NCBI RefSeq assembly: GCF_044704955.1
Contig: NC_091995.1
Location: 39,308,001 to 39,372,000 of the forward strand
DNA length: 64,000 nt
Source: Pristiophorus japonicus
Lineage: Eukaryota
Direction: 5' to 3'
Part shown: positions 22,735-35,825 of the stretch, piece after piece
Layout of the letters: each line of letters opens with the position of its first letter
How positions within the stretch are numbered: the first letter of the stretch is position 1
The notes under the pieces: generated by a model
What the model was told of the DNA's origin: nothing
Database searches by the model: none
The model's input: only the letters and a program-made list of their open reading frames with translations
Program-made: the position numbers and the translations under genes

Positions 22735-25448
22735 ACTTTGGTATTGATACCTCTGCTCTCTGAGAAAAGCGATATGAGCGGCTATAGTCAGTTTGTAACT
22801 CGAACATAAGCCCAAACAGATACTGCTGCAAATTTTTCATCCTGTAACCGCATGCCAGAGCTCATTTTTCAAACATGCTGTTGGTCCTTTCGGCCTTGGA
22901 CCAACTCCTGGATGCATAAGCGACCGGTTGCAATGTTCCCGATTTGTTTGCTTGTTGTAACACACACCCAACCCCGTACAAAGACACATCACAAGCTAGC
23001 ACTAAACCTTCACATGGGTAATAAAGAACAAGCAGTTTGTTGGAACATATCAGATTTCTGGCTTTCAGAAAAGCAGTCTCTTCTGATTTCCTCCATACCC
23101 AGACATCTCCCTTGCGTAGCAACACATGTAGAGGTTCTAGCAAGGGGCATAACATGGGTAGGAAATTAACAAAATAATTGAGCAGTCCCAGGAACGATCA
23201 CAGCTCCATCACGTTCTGTGCTCTCGGCGCCTTCTTGATGGCCTCCGTCTTGCCGTTGGTGGGTCGGATACCGTCTGCCGCGATTCTTCTACCTAAGAGC
23301 TCGACCTCTGGTGCCAAGAAAACACACTTCGAGCATTTCAACCTGAGTCCCACATGATCCAGCCGATGTAGAACCTCTTCCAGAGTATCCCACCCTGTGA
23401 TCAATATATCGTCCTGGAAAATCACAGTGTGTGGAACTGACATTAGCAGACTCTCCATGTTCCTTTGAAAAATAGCCGTGGCCGATCGAATCCCAAACGG
23501 GTATCTATTGTAAATGAACAGACCTTTGTGCGTGTTGATGCAGGTGAGGCCTTTTGGAGTTTCAACTTGAGGTCTGGTCAGGTCCAACTTGATGAACATC
23601 TTTCCTCATGCCAGCATCGCAAATATGTAGTTTGCTTTGGGTAGTGGGTACTAGTCCTGCAGGGAAAAACGATTAATCGTTACTATGTCATCCCCTCAAA
23701 TTCTGACCGTGCCATCACCCTTGAGAACTGGAACAATCGGACTGGCCTGGTCGTTGAACTCTTCTGGCACGATGATGCCTTCTCGTTGCAGCCTGGCCAG
23801 CTCGATCTCCACTTTCTCTTGCATCATGAATGGAACCACACGTGCCTTGTGGTTGATAGGCCGTGTACCGGGAACTAAGTGGATCTGCAATTTCACCCCA
23901 AAGAAATTTCCGATGCCTGGCTCAAACAACGATGGGAACTTGCTCAATACCTGGGCATATCAGACGTCATCGACGGACGAAAGGACTCGGATGTGGTCCC
24001 TGTTCCAGCAGACTTTTCCCAGCCAGCTTCTGCCGAACAGTGTGAGTCCATCTCCTGGTACAATCCGTAGTGGTAGTTCGTGCACCGCTCCATCATAGGA
24101 GATGGTGACTGCTGCAGTGCCAATTGCAGGGATCAGCTCTTTAGTGTCTCATCTTGGTATGAATACGGCTAACCTTGTTGCACCACAGCCTCTCGAAGCC
24201 TTTTTGCTCATGATAGACTGACTCGTACTCGCGTTTAATTCCATGGACACTGGAATTCCATTCAGTTCAACTTTTAACATGATTGGTGGATATTTCGTGG
24301 TGAAGGTGTGTACTCAGTACACTTGTGCATCCTCAGTTCGAGTCTTTAGTCCAGTTTGATCTGCCATGGATCGGTCTTCCTCTGCAACGTGGTGGTTTGT
24401 AGGCTTTGCAGCTCATCTGCACATTTGCTGGAGGTGTCCCATTGTTCCACAGCCTTTGCATGCATAGTGTTTGAAGCAGCTTTGATAGGCTCGATGATCA
24501 CCTCCGCAGCACCAACAAGGTGTTAATTACCTCGCATTCACAACTGATGGTGGACTCTGAGTCATCTGAGGTCATGCAGCTGCAGGCGTGTACATTCTGC
24601 CATATGCATTCCTTCCTGAAAACAACGTTACTTTGTGTACAATACTTGCCGATGCATCTTTATGCTGTAAAATTTGTTTGGTGTTATCGCTGGTGGATAT
24701 AAATGCCTGGGCTATCGTTGTGGCTTTGCTCAGGTTCGGTGTTTCAACAGTTAATAGTTTGCGAAGGATAACCTCATGGCCAATGCCAAGCACAAAAAAG
24801 TATTTTAGCATTTGCTCCAGGAATCCACTGAATTCGCAATGTCCTGCAAGGTGCCTTAGTTCGGCGACATAGCTCGCCACTTCCTGGCCTTCAGACTGTT
24901 GACATGTTTAAAATTGATACCTTGCCATCAGAACGCTCTCCTTCAGGTTCAAGTGTTCCCGGACCAGTGTACACAGTTCTTCATATAATGTGGTTGTTGG
25001 TTTCACCGGAGCAAGAAGATTCTTCATGAGGCTGTAGGTTGTTGCCCCACACACGGTGAGGAGCATCGCCTTTTGTTTGGCAGCATTCTCATTACCTTTC
25101 AGCTCGTTGCCCATGAAGTATTGGTCGAGTCACTCCACGAAGGCTTCCCAATCGTCACCAGCTGAGAATTTCTCCAGGATACTAAGAGTTCTCTGCATTT
25201 TCACATGATGGTTCATTATCTTTTACTCGTCGCTAGTGTTATGTCTCAAAAAAAGGAATCTTATTTCGTACTGTAGACTTGAGTAATTTTGACGTTAGGC
25301 TCTTTATTCTGACTCCAGAGTGCCGGCAGAGCATGGGAGACCTGCTTATATACAGTGCTCCCAACGGATGCTGGATCTCATGAGACTCCAAAAGATGCGC
25401 CCTCTGGTGGCGGTAGAATGCTGGTTTCAAGGAGTTGCATACATAGCA
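22735..25448 (-). mobile_element. Ty3/Gypsy (Mag-like) LTR retrotransposon, 3'-truncated after RNase H
   Basis: 5' LTR 25448-25237, PBS TAGCGACGAG, gag (AMLLTVCGATTY), RT (PFGIRSATAIFQ; FQDDILITG), RNase H (LACDVSLYGVG; PVAYASRS). No integrase or 3' LTR. Confidence 0.92.
25237..25448 (-). mobile_element. 5' LTR of truncated Gypsy element
   Basis: TGCTATGT...ACATAACA termini (minus), TATATAA and AATAAA inside, adjacent PBS. Confidence 0.85.
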
Positions 25449-25904
25449 AATATGACCTATTGTGAGGCTGAAACAGCTGCAGATTTTCACAGCCTTTGAA
25501 TGAGAGGAAAAAGGTTATAAAGTAACAGCTCTTCTACCAGGAAGGCAGTGCGAAGCAAGACAACAGGAGTTAGGGGGTCGGCACCACGGTCTCTCGAAAG
25601 GATTCTATTGGGAAAAGGCTGGAACTATTATTTGTTAAATATTACTTTTTGTAACAGAACATAACTTACTTGATAAATCTCTGTTGTTTTTACTCAGTAT
25701 ACCTGTATTAAAAACATTTGTTATAATCTGAAAAAGAGTCTCCTAGTTTGAATTAAATAAACCCTGAGAAGAGTAGAATTACTATAATTAGCAAAGCGGC
25801 AAAAAACTGCTAAGAAGTTAAAACTGCAGTTCCATGGATGATTTAAATACACAGATCAAGAACCGGGGATCCTTTTAATACACAGCTTGTGTTCCGAGTG
25901 TGTA

Positions 25905-26310
25905 TTACTGAGAGCCAGTGAATTGAGGGAGGAATGAGAGTCGGTAAGTGAGTGGAGCACTGAGATTCAGTGAGTGAGGGAGGACTGACAGTCAGTGAGT
26001 GAAGGGAGGACTGTGAATGAGTGAGTGATGGGGGTACTAAGAGCCGGTGAGTGATGGGGGACTGAGAGTCAGTGAGTGAGGGTGGTGGACTGAGAGTCAG
26101 TGAGTGTGGGGGGACTTAGAGTGAGTGAGTGAGGGCGGACTGAGAGTTAGTGAGTGAGTGGGGGACTTAGAGTCAGTGAGTGAGGGGGAACTGAGAGTCA
26201 GTGAGTGAGGGGGAACAGAGTCAGTGAGTGAGGGGCGACTGAGAGTCAGTGAGTTGAGTGAGTGGTGAGAGTCGTAATGTGAATGGAGGAGAGATTCGGT
26301 GAGTGAGTTC
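25905..26310. repeat. GAGAGTCAGTGAGTGAGGGGGGACT-type minisatellite (~25-30 bp unit)
   Basis: Direct tandem repeats. Confidence 0.88.
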
Positions 26311-26356
26311 ATTGTTTGCCAGAGCAAAATAATTATTTAACCAGATGCGTTAATAT

Positions 26357-26422
26357 GGATAGATTGATAGATAGCTTGATAGCTTGATAGCTAGATAGCT
26401 AGATAGATAGATAGATAGATAG
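26357..26422. repeat. (GATA)n microsatellite
   Basis: GATAGATAGATA/GATAGCTA run. Confidence 0.9.
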
Positions 26423-26544
26423 GTGGAATGCTTGATATATATAATTAAATATCAGCTAACTTTAAATAGAACTAGACAACATATAATGGACATTTGGAGA
26501 TAATCTAAATCTGAGTCAGGTAGAATTGAGATATGTTAATTCTG

Positions 26545-29315
26545 TCATTTCACTAACTTAATAAATCGACCATACGGATATTTAATCACATTTATCAACT
26601 GCCTTCTGAACTTACCCTTCGCTGCTGCATAAATAAATGTACTTGTACAGGAACTCAGACTCTGAAGCATAAATCCAGTTTCTTGCATGATGCTGAAAGG
26701 GTTATCGGAAATGGCAAATGTATACGGAATGTTTATAATTTGTACACAGATGTCATACGTTACGTTCACCAACCATAACAGGATAAAACTGCCCCAGATG
26801 GCGAGCAGTAAAATTATAGATTTTCTACGGCACTCCATCTCTGGATCTTTGTGATTCTCAGTATTGTTATTACCCCTCAGTCCGCTCCTGACTCTATTGG
26901 CCGATAGAATGTGCCTGATGGTCAGAGCATTAAGCAACAAAATCAAAACAAATGGAGCAAATGTGGTTAAAACAATGTTAAACCAGAAAAATGCCGTCCA
27001 TATAGATGATGTATAGATGCTTGATTTCACAGCACAGAACCACGATTCGTTGTCAATTATTTTCTGAGTTCAAACATAAAATATATTGGTATATTTTGTA
27101 CAAAGTTTAGTGCACATACTGTTGCTATAGCGACGGCAGCTGATTTTTCGGTGCAATATTTGACTCTCAGATTCTGGGAACAAATGGCCACAAATCCATC
27201 AAAGGTGAAGGAGACGGTTAACCAGACAGAACAATCAATGGCAGCATAACCCAGGGCGATTCTGAGGCGGCAGACAGGATTGTAGTTCAGGAATGAGTGT
27301 GTGAAATAAATATTATTAATCTCTATAAGTATCACATTCACAATGATGAACATTAAATCCGCCACTGCCATGGCAACCAGGTAACGAGTTATACATTTGG
27401 AGAGACCGCACTTTCCACGGGAGAGGATCACAATTGTCATTAAATTAGCTGCAAGAAAAAAGAAACAAGTGAAAATGAGCGATTCTCACAAAAAATGGAT
27501 CATCATTGTTTAAAAATGAATAATAATATTGCGGGTTGTTCTGGCTTTCACCCAACTCATTCTGTCTGTATGTTTAATAAGTGATTAATTCCAGAGCAAT
27601 ATAATTCTTTATCGAGACACAATAATATATCCCTCCAAGATACAAAACTTGCTGTTGTGGATCAGATTGATTTCCCAAACTTCCTTCATTCTATATTTGT
27701 TTTGTTACACAGACGGCTTCACAGAATATTGTAATAAATACATATATTGTAAAGCAAGATCCAAACATCCCATGAGGCTTTACTCTAAATTACTGTAATG
27801 AGAATGGGCACCACACATAAGTCTGATGTATTTAGTACAAATAACCTGAGGGATACATTGTACCGTTCAGTTTGTGATAATAGGACTCACAATGTGACAC
27901 TGCACCCAGTGGGTGAGGAAACAGATGGAATACATTAGAAAGCTGTTTGCCCGGTACATGACTTCTGAGCAATGATATTGGTCTGGTGGCTCTGGGCAAC
28001 GTTGTATAAAGGCACCATGTAAAAATAAATAATTTCACACTGGACTCGTAACCAGTAGCCAACAGCTGAAATTAACCACAGTAAAGCAGTTTGGCACATG
28101 GGTATCTAAACATAGTGGGTGTGTGTCCTTAAAATAACAATTCAAAGTAATTATTAGAAATACGCATTTTACAGTAAATCATAAAATATTTTAATCACTC
28201 GATTGATAAGTAGATTACTTATAATGGGCGAGAGTATTGCAATGCCACGTCAGCCCGTGGAAGGTTCATTATCTCCTTGTAACATGGAGACAGATATTTA
28301 TAACAGGTCAGTAGTGCCCAGTAACAAGTGTTTAATGAATGATTGCACAGAGCCAGTGACACCCCTCGGCAAAAGGGTGACATTATCCACACAGAGTAGG
28401 ACCCGATACATAACTAGTTTCTTGTCGAGCCTGGCATGAGCATCTCAGCATTATGGGGCTGATTATCCAAATACGAACCACTACACACACCCAGGGATGA
28501 TCATCCTGCTCAGGGACATGGCCCGCCAAGTTCCTGACCAAAGACTGTGATGGTAATGAGGCGGAGCTGGACTTCCCAGTCTCGGGCTCATAGCCCTGGT
28601 CTACCTCATGGTCTATGCCACAAAACAAGCTAGCGGCAGAATGCAGCATTGCGAGTTGCCCCAGACTCCTGCTGAGCCAAGTCTCCGGAACAGGGTGGGC
28701 AGAGTGTACATTTAAGCTGTGCTTCCAGATTCAGTCTAAGTCCTCGCCAGCATCCTGAAGCATCGGCGGGAACTGCTGGCAGCCGCAGAGCTGCCGGGCC
28801 AGCTGGGCTCCCATTGTCTTCTCCTGACAGCACAGACCACGATCGCCAAGGCCGGCGGTCTGTTCTGTGCTGCCCGCTCATCATTTAAATGGAATGGACA
28901 TCCAGTGGTGATCTCAGAGCTGGAAAGAAACAGTGCAGATTAGGTGGGCTACTACTACCAAGTGATGCTGCACCTGAGGCAATAAAATGTGTTAGTATTA
29001 TGACCGAGAATAAAATTGGTACAATTGTAGATTTTGGAACATCAGAAAGGATCCTGTTATCTGTCGGCTTATTTTGAGAACATGCTGCAATATGGGATCA
29101 GGTTCCTGATTTGCCTGACATCAGAAACTAATGACTGTAAATCAAACACATCAAAACAAACAAACAGCATGATTAGACAGGCAGCGAGAACAGTAATACA
29201 GTTAACACTGAGAAAGGTGAATAATAAATGTCCGTATTGACTTACCAGAGACACCAACCACTGCCAGAATGGGATAGAAAATTGCCGAGATCTGAAAAAT
29301 TATTGGACGCTGCAT
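26545..29315 (-). pseudogene. Two-exon GPR139/GPR142-like class A GPCR (exon 1 29315-29246, intron 29245-27449, exon 2 27448-26545); frameshift at ~27060
   Basis: Exon 1 MQRPIIFQISAIFYPILAVVGVS joins via G|GTAAG ... TTTTTCTTGCAG|CT in phase 1 to ANLMTIVILSRGKCGLSKCITRYLVAMAVADL...SVWLTVSFTFDGFVAIC...DPEMECRRKSIILL...SSCTSTFIY. Seven hydrophobic segments. One base is missing in an A-run at 27060-27063. Confidence 0.9.
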
Positions 29316-29385
29316 TTTGCTCAAAAATAATGTTGTCCGTCAGCGTGATTGCTGCACAATGAAAGACCTTCAAATCAAACCTATA

Positions 29386-29393
29386 TTTATATA
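29386..29393 (-). promoter_or_regulatory. TATA box of GPCR gene
   Basis: TATATAAA ~70 bp upstream of the ATG at 29315, conserved in the paralog. Confidence 0.55.
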
Positions 29394-30227
29394 AGAGAGA
29401 AATTCAAGTGTACTAAACACGACATTAGCTTCAGTCATTGAACAAACATATTCGGCAACTTCTTGACTGCAATGCTGATCAGGGAATAGATTAATTTAGT
29501 AACACTGCCCGGTGGAAATGAGAAAAACAATAGAGTTGAATATTATCGTTTTTTTCAGATTCAAAATATAAAATAAAAAAATCCACTTCTACAGCACTGC
29601 CGTATTCTATTCCTATACACGGACTTTTGAATCATGTTATCCGACCTATTGACATAGACTCACGGTGTATTTATTGAAATAAACATATCCATTTATAACA
29701 ATTCAGTCCAAACTAATACCACAATGATAAATAATCTATTTCAATGTTAATGTTCACCACTGCAGAGTTAATGTATCCCTATACAGACTAAACACATGGC
29801 ATGTAAGAACTGTTGCAGAATCCAACAATCTGCACAAATGGTTTTGTGCAGTGGTGACTGTGCAAACTATATAGTCGTCAATATTCCTCTCACCCTTCTC
29901 CAGAGTGCTGATCAGGTGCAATACACTTGACGTGTACTGTATCTAACCCGATCTTACGTGACCCAACACTGATCTGAGACTTTAGGATGCCCCATAATGC
30001 AGTGCCCATGGCAGCGGCCCACACACATTATTAGGCGCAGAAATCCAGGGACTGGTGAAGGCACGAGAAAGCAGCAAAGGTCATAAGGCTCCAGCCCCGA
30101 GGTTCCAACTGATGTATATTTTTACGCATATGGGTGACATGGGCATCACTGGAAAGGCCAGTATTTATTGCCCATTCCTAAATATGTATACAAGATAAAC
30201 CACTGTCTTTGTCTGAATTATCAGAAA

Positions 30228-30905
30228 CCATCATCATATCATAGGCAATCACTCGAAATCGAGCAAGACTTGATTCCACTCCAAAAGTGAGTTCTCAGGT
30301 GACTGAATCGTCCAATATGGGAATTACAGTCCTTGTCGCAGGTGGGACCGACAGTCGTTGGAGGAAAGTGTGGGTGGGGAGTCTAGTTTGCCGAAGGCTC
30401 TTTCCGCTGCCTGTGCTTGTTTTCTGCATGCTCTCGCCGATGAGACTCGAGGTGCTCAACGCCCTGCCACATGCTTTTCCTTCTCTGAGGGTGGTCTTTA
30501 TCCAGCGACTCCCAGGTGCCAGTGGGGATGTTGCACTATATCAAGGAGGCTTTGAGGTTGTCCTTGAAATGTTTCTTCTGCCCACCTGGGACTCGTTTGC
30601 CGTGTTGGAGTTCCTATTACAGCGTATGCTTTGGGAGTTTTGTGTCGGGCATGTGGACAATGTGGCCCACCCATCAGAAATGGTCGCGTGTGGTCAGTGC
30701 TTCAATACTGGGGATGTTGGCGTGATCGAGAACACTGACGTTGGTGTGTCTGTCTTCCCAGGGGATTTGCAGTATCTTGCGGAGGCATCGTTTGTGGTAT
30801 GTCTCCATCAATTTGAGGTGTCTACTGTATATGGTCCATTACTCTGATCCATACAGGATGACGGGTATCACTACAGCCCTGTATAGCATAAGCTTGGTGC
30901 CAGAT
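30228..30905 (-). mobile_element. RTE LINE 3' fragment (duplicate of 1555-2230)
   Basis: Same truncation point and flanks as copy 1. Confidence 0.9.
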
Positions 30906-33900
30906 TCACAGTCTACATTTGAATTATCAGGAACACACACTGTCTGGGCCAAAATTCTCAGATGGAATAAATTTATCTGTTTGCATTATCATTAGGACCA
31001 GCATTATCAAAACTATAAACTGTCTTGGTCGGAATTGGCATAAATACTCACTGTTTGGGTGTGAGTAGTAACTCACACTGTCTTGTTCTGAATTATCAGA
31101 AACACCCACTCTCTGGATCTGAGTTATCAGAAGGGCATAGGTCTGTGTCAGCATTGTCATAAACAATCACTGTCTGGGTGTGAATTATCAGAAACACAGA
31201 TTGTCTGTCTCTGAAATGTCAACAGCAACACTGTCTTGTTCTCAATTATGAGAAGGCCACAATGTTTGACTCTGATTCATCTGAATGAGCTTTTGTCTGG
31301 GACTGTATTATCAGAAGGCCCGAATGTCTAGAAGTTAATATCAGAAACGCACACTGTATGAGTCAGAATTCTCATAAATACTCACTGTGTGGGTCTGAAA
31401 TCTCTGAAACACCATTTGTCTTACACTGATATATCAGATAGGAACACTGTCTGGGGGTAAGTGACATAAGGCACCTCCGTCTGTGACTGATATATCAGCA
31501 GGGTCGCTGACTGGTTTTGAATTTTTGGAAAAACCCACTGTCTGGGCCTGAAACATCACGAGGAGACACTGTCTGGACTGAATTATCAGAAGTACACCAT
31601 GTCAGGCTATGCATTATCAGACACCAACACTGTCTAAGTCTGAGTTATCATAAATACCATTGTCTGCATCGGAGGGATCAGCAGGAAATCACATTTGGTG
31701 TTGGATTATAACAAACAGCAAATATCAGGATCTGTATGATCAGAAAGCCGCATTGCCTCAGTCTGATTTATCAGAAGGATCAATTGTCTGAGCCTGGATT
31801 ATCGGAATGACTCACTGTGTGGTCTGAATTATCAGAAGGACCAATTGTCTGGGTCTGAAATATCAAACCAGTACTCTGTCTGCATCAGTATTTTCATAAG
31901 CATTCATTTTCTGCTTGTGTTATCAGAAACACAAGTTGTTTGCTTCAGAATTGTCTTAAAACTGATTGTTTGCATGTGAATTATCAGAAAGCACACTGTT
32001 TGGTTCCGAATTGTCATAAACACTAATTGTCTGCATTTGTGTTATCAGAAACACCCACTGACTGTATCGGATTTAACAGACGGCCCCGCTATCTGAGTCT
32101 GAATTATCAGAAGGAATCTACTGTTTGTGCCTGAATTATAAGAAACACCCACTGTCTGTGTATGAATGATCAGTAGGATCAACTGTCTGTGTCTGAATGA
32201 TCAGAAGGACCAACTGTCTGTGTCTGAATGATCAGAAGTATCCACTGTCTGAGTCTGACTTAACAGAAAACTGACTGTTTGCAGCTGAAGTATCAGAAGG
32301 GCATACGGTCTGGTGCTGACTTATGAGATGATGCCAGTGGCTGGTTCTGAATTATGATGAAAACCCACTGTCTGGGCCTGAAATATCACATGGAATCAAT
32401 GTCCAGGTCCAAATTATCAGAAGGACCAAATGTCTGGGTCTAAATTATCAAAAATGTACATTGTCTAGGTCAGAATGGTCATAAGCACTCATTGTCTGGG
32501 TGTGAATTATCAGCAACACACACTGCCTGGGTCTCAATTATCAGAAACATCCTCTGCCTGGATCTGACTTTCAGAAGGTCCAACATCTGCGTCTGAATAA
32601 TCAGAAGTGCCCACTTTCTGCTTCTAAATTACCAGACAAAGTGACTGTCTGTGTCTGAATTATAACAATCCACTGATTAGGTGTGAATTATCAGTGGGAC
32701 ACATTGTCTGGTCTAAATGATCAGAAACGCACCATGTATAGGTATGAGTTATCAGACGGCCATATTGTATAAGTCTGAATGATCAGAAATCTCACTGTCT
32801 GCAACTGAAATATGAGAAGCACCTCTTGGCCATGTCTGAATTATCAGAAGGATTTACTCTCTATGTCTGATTTATCAGAAGTAGCCAATTTATTTGCCAG
32901 AATTTTTAGAACTTTCCACTGTCTGGGTCTCAATGATCAAAAGGAGCCACTGTCTGCATCTGAATGATAAGACACACCCACTGTCTAGTTATGAATTATC
33001 CGACGGACCCACTGTCAGCCTCTGAATTATAAGAAACACCCACTGTCTGTGTCACATTTATCAGAAGGCCAAATTGTTCAGGCCTGATTATCTGAAGGAT
33101 ATTTTGTCTGAGTTGGATTATCAGAAGTACCCAGTGTCTAGAACTTAATTATCAGAATGCCTCAATGTAGGGGTCAGAATTATATTACATACTCACTCTC
33201 TGGGACTGAAATGTTTGAAGCTCCCTTTCTCTTGATCGAAATTATCAGACAGGCACATTGTCTGGGTGTAATGTACCTGAAAGACACTGTCTTGGCCTGA
33301 TTTATCAGCAGAACCAGTAACTAACTGGCTGTGGATTGTCAGAAATACACATTCTGGGCCTGAATTATTAGACGGAGTCAATATTAGGGTACAACTTATC
33401 AGAAGAATCAACTGTCTTGGTCTGATTTATCAGAACCATACACTCACTGTCTCGGTCGGAATTGTCATAAACACTCACTCTCTGGTGCTAAATTATCAGA
33501 AAGACCTACTGTTGTGATTTAAATTTTCATAGGCACACACTTTCTGGGTCTGAATTATCAATATCACACACTATCTGGTCCGAATTATCAAAACCATACG
33601 CTGTAGATGTCAGAGTTATCTGACGGTCCCCCTCTCTGAGTCTGAATTGTCTGAAAAGCCATTGTCTGCATCTGAAGTTTCAGAAGGACATCATGTCTGG
33701 TGCTGAATTATAAGCAACACAAATTATCTCCATCTTTATGATTAGAAAGCTACACTGTCTGTGTCTGAATTATCAAAACCACCACTGTCTGGGTCTCAAT
33801 TAGCAGAAGGTCACATTTTACGGGTCTGATTCATCTGACAGTCATTTTGTCTGAGTCTGATTTATCAGAAGGACCCAGTGCATAGAACGTATCTGAAATA

Positions 33901-35825
33901 CGCAACTTAGTGGTCAGGATTGTCATAAAAACTCTTTGGGACTGAAATGTCGGAAGCACCTTTTGACTTGGTCTGAATTTTCAAACTGACATACTGGCTG
34001 GATATAAGTTACCAGAAAGATCCTATATCTGGGCCAGACTTAGCAACAGGACCACTGACTGTCTCTGAATTGTCATAAACACATAGTGTGAGACTGAATT
34101 ATCAGACGGAATCAATGTCTTGGTCTCAATTATCAGAAGAACAACCTTTCTTGCATGAATTATCAAGATTATACACTGTTTGGATCACAATTGATATAAA
34201 CACTCACTGAAAGGTTGTGAGTTATCAGCAACGCACACTGTTTGAGGCTGAATTATCAGAAACACCCTCTGTCTGGATCTGAATTATCAGAAGCACGCAC
34301 TTTGTGGGTCTAAATTACCAGAGAAAGCCACTGTCTGTTTCTAAATTATTACTAGGATATGCTGTCTGGACTGAATTACCAGAAGTACACCATATCAGGG
34401 TATGCATTATCAAACGGCCACACTGTCTAAGTCTGAATTATCATAAAAGCCATTATGTGCATCAGCGGTATCAGCAGGAAATCACATCTGGTGCTGAATT
34501 ATAACAAACAGCAAATATCAGGATCTGTATGATCAGAAAGCCGCATTGTCTGTGTCTGATTTATCAAAAGGATTAATTGTCTGAGCCTGGATTATCGGAA
34601 GGACTCACTGTGTGTCTGAATTATCAGAAGGACAAACTGTCTGGGTCTGAAATATCAAGCCAATACTCTGTCTGCCTCAGTATTTTCATAAATACTCACT
34701 TCCTGTTTGTGTATTATCAGAAACACATGTTTTCTGTTTCAGAATTGTCTTAAACACTGACTGTTGCAAGCGAATTATCAGAAAGCACACTGTTGGGTTC
34801 CCAATTGTCACAAACACTAATTGTCTGCATTTGCTTTATCAGAAACACCCACGGGCTGGATCTGAATTATGAGAAATGGCTCTTTCTGCATCTGAAGTAT
34901 GAGAAGAACCTACTGGCTAGGTCGGAAAGATCAGAAGACCTACTCTGTTGGTCCGATTTATCAGAAGTAGCCACTTTATCTGCCTGAATTTTAAGAACCT
35001 CCCACTAACAGGATCTGATTTATCAGACGACCTCACTATCTGGGTCTGAATGACCAGAAGAAGCCTACTGTTTGTGCCTGAATTATAAGAAACACCCATT
35101 TTCTGTGTCGGAATCATCAGAAGGACAAACTGTCTGGATCTGAATGATAAGAAATACCCACTGACTGGGTCTGAATGGCCAGAAAACTACTGTTTGCAGC
35201 TGAAGTATCAGAAGGGCACACGGTCTGGTGCTGAATTTTGAGAATACACCACTGACGGGCTCAAAATTATGTGAAAGACCCATTGTCTGGATCTGAGTTA
35301 TCAGAAATCTGCATTCTCTGGGCCTGATTTACCCGAAGGACCCATTGTATTTGCGTGAAATATAAAGCAAACCAAGTGTCATTGTCTGATTTATCAGGAC
35401 CCACTTTCAGTTCCTGAATTGCAACAAACGCCCACTGTCTGTGCATGAATTATCAAAAGACCCCACTGTCTGGGTCTGATTTATTTTAATGATGCTTTTT
35501 CTCAGTCTGTTTTATCAGAGGTACTCACATTCCATGGCTGAATTATCAAAAACACGGACTGCCAGCGTCTGAATTATTGAAAGATCCCGTTGTCCAGGAC
35601 TGAATTACCTGAAATACCCGCTGCCTCGGTCAGTATTTTGGGAAATACCCACAGTCTATCTCTGAATTATCAGAAAAATAAACGGTATGGAAAAAACATT
35701 CAAAAGGACCCAAAGTCTGTGTCTGCATTATCAGAAGCACCCAATATATTGGTTTGGATTATCAGTAGGACATACTGTCTGGATGGAAATAACTGAAGCA
35801 CACACTTTCTGAGTGTGAATTATTA
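30906..35825 (+). repeat. Satellite A array (~4.9 kb) with higher-order duplications
   Basis: 31-bp periodicity; block 31565-32380 recurs at 34363-35300. Confidence 0.92.
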
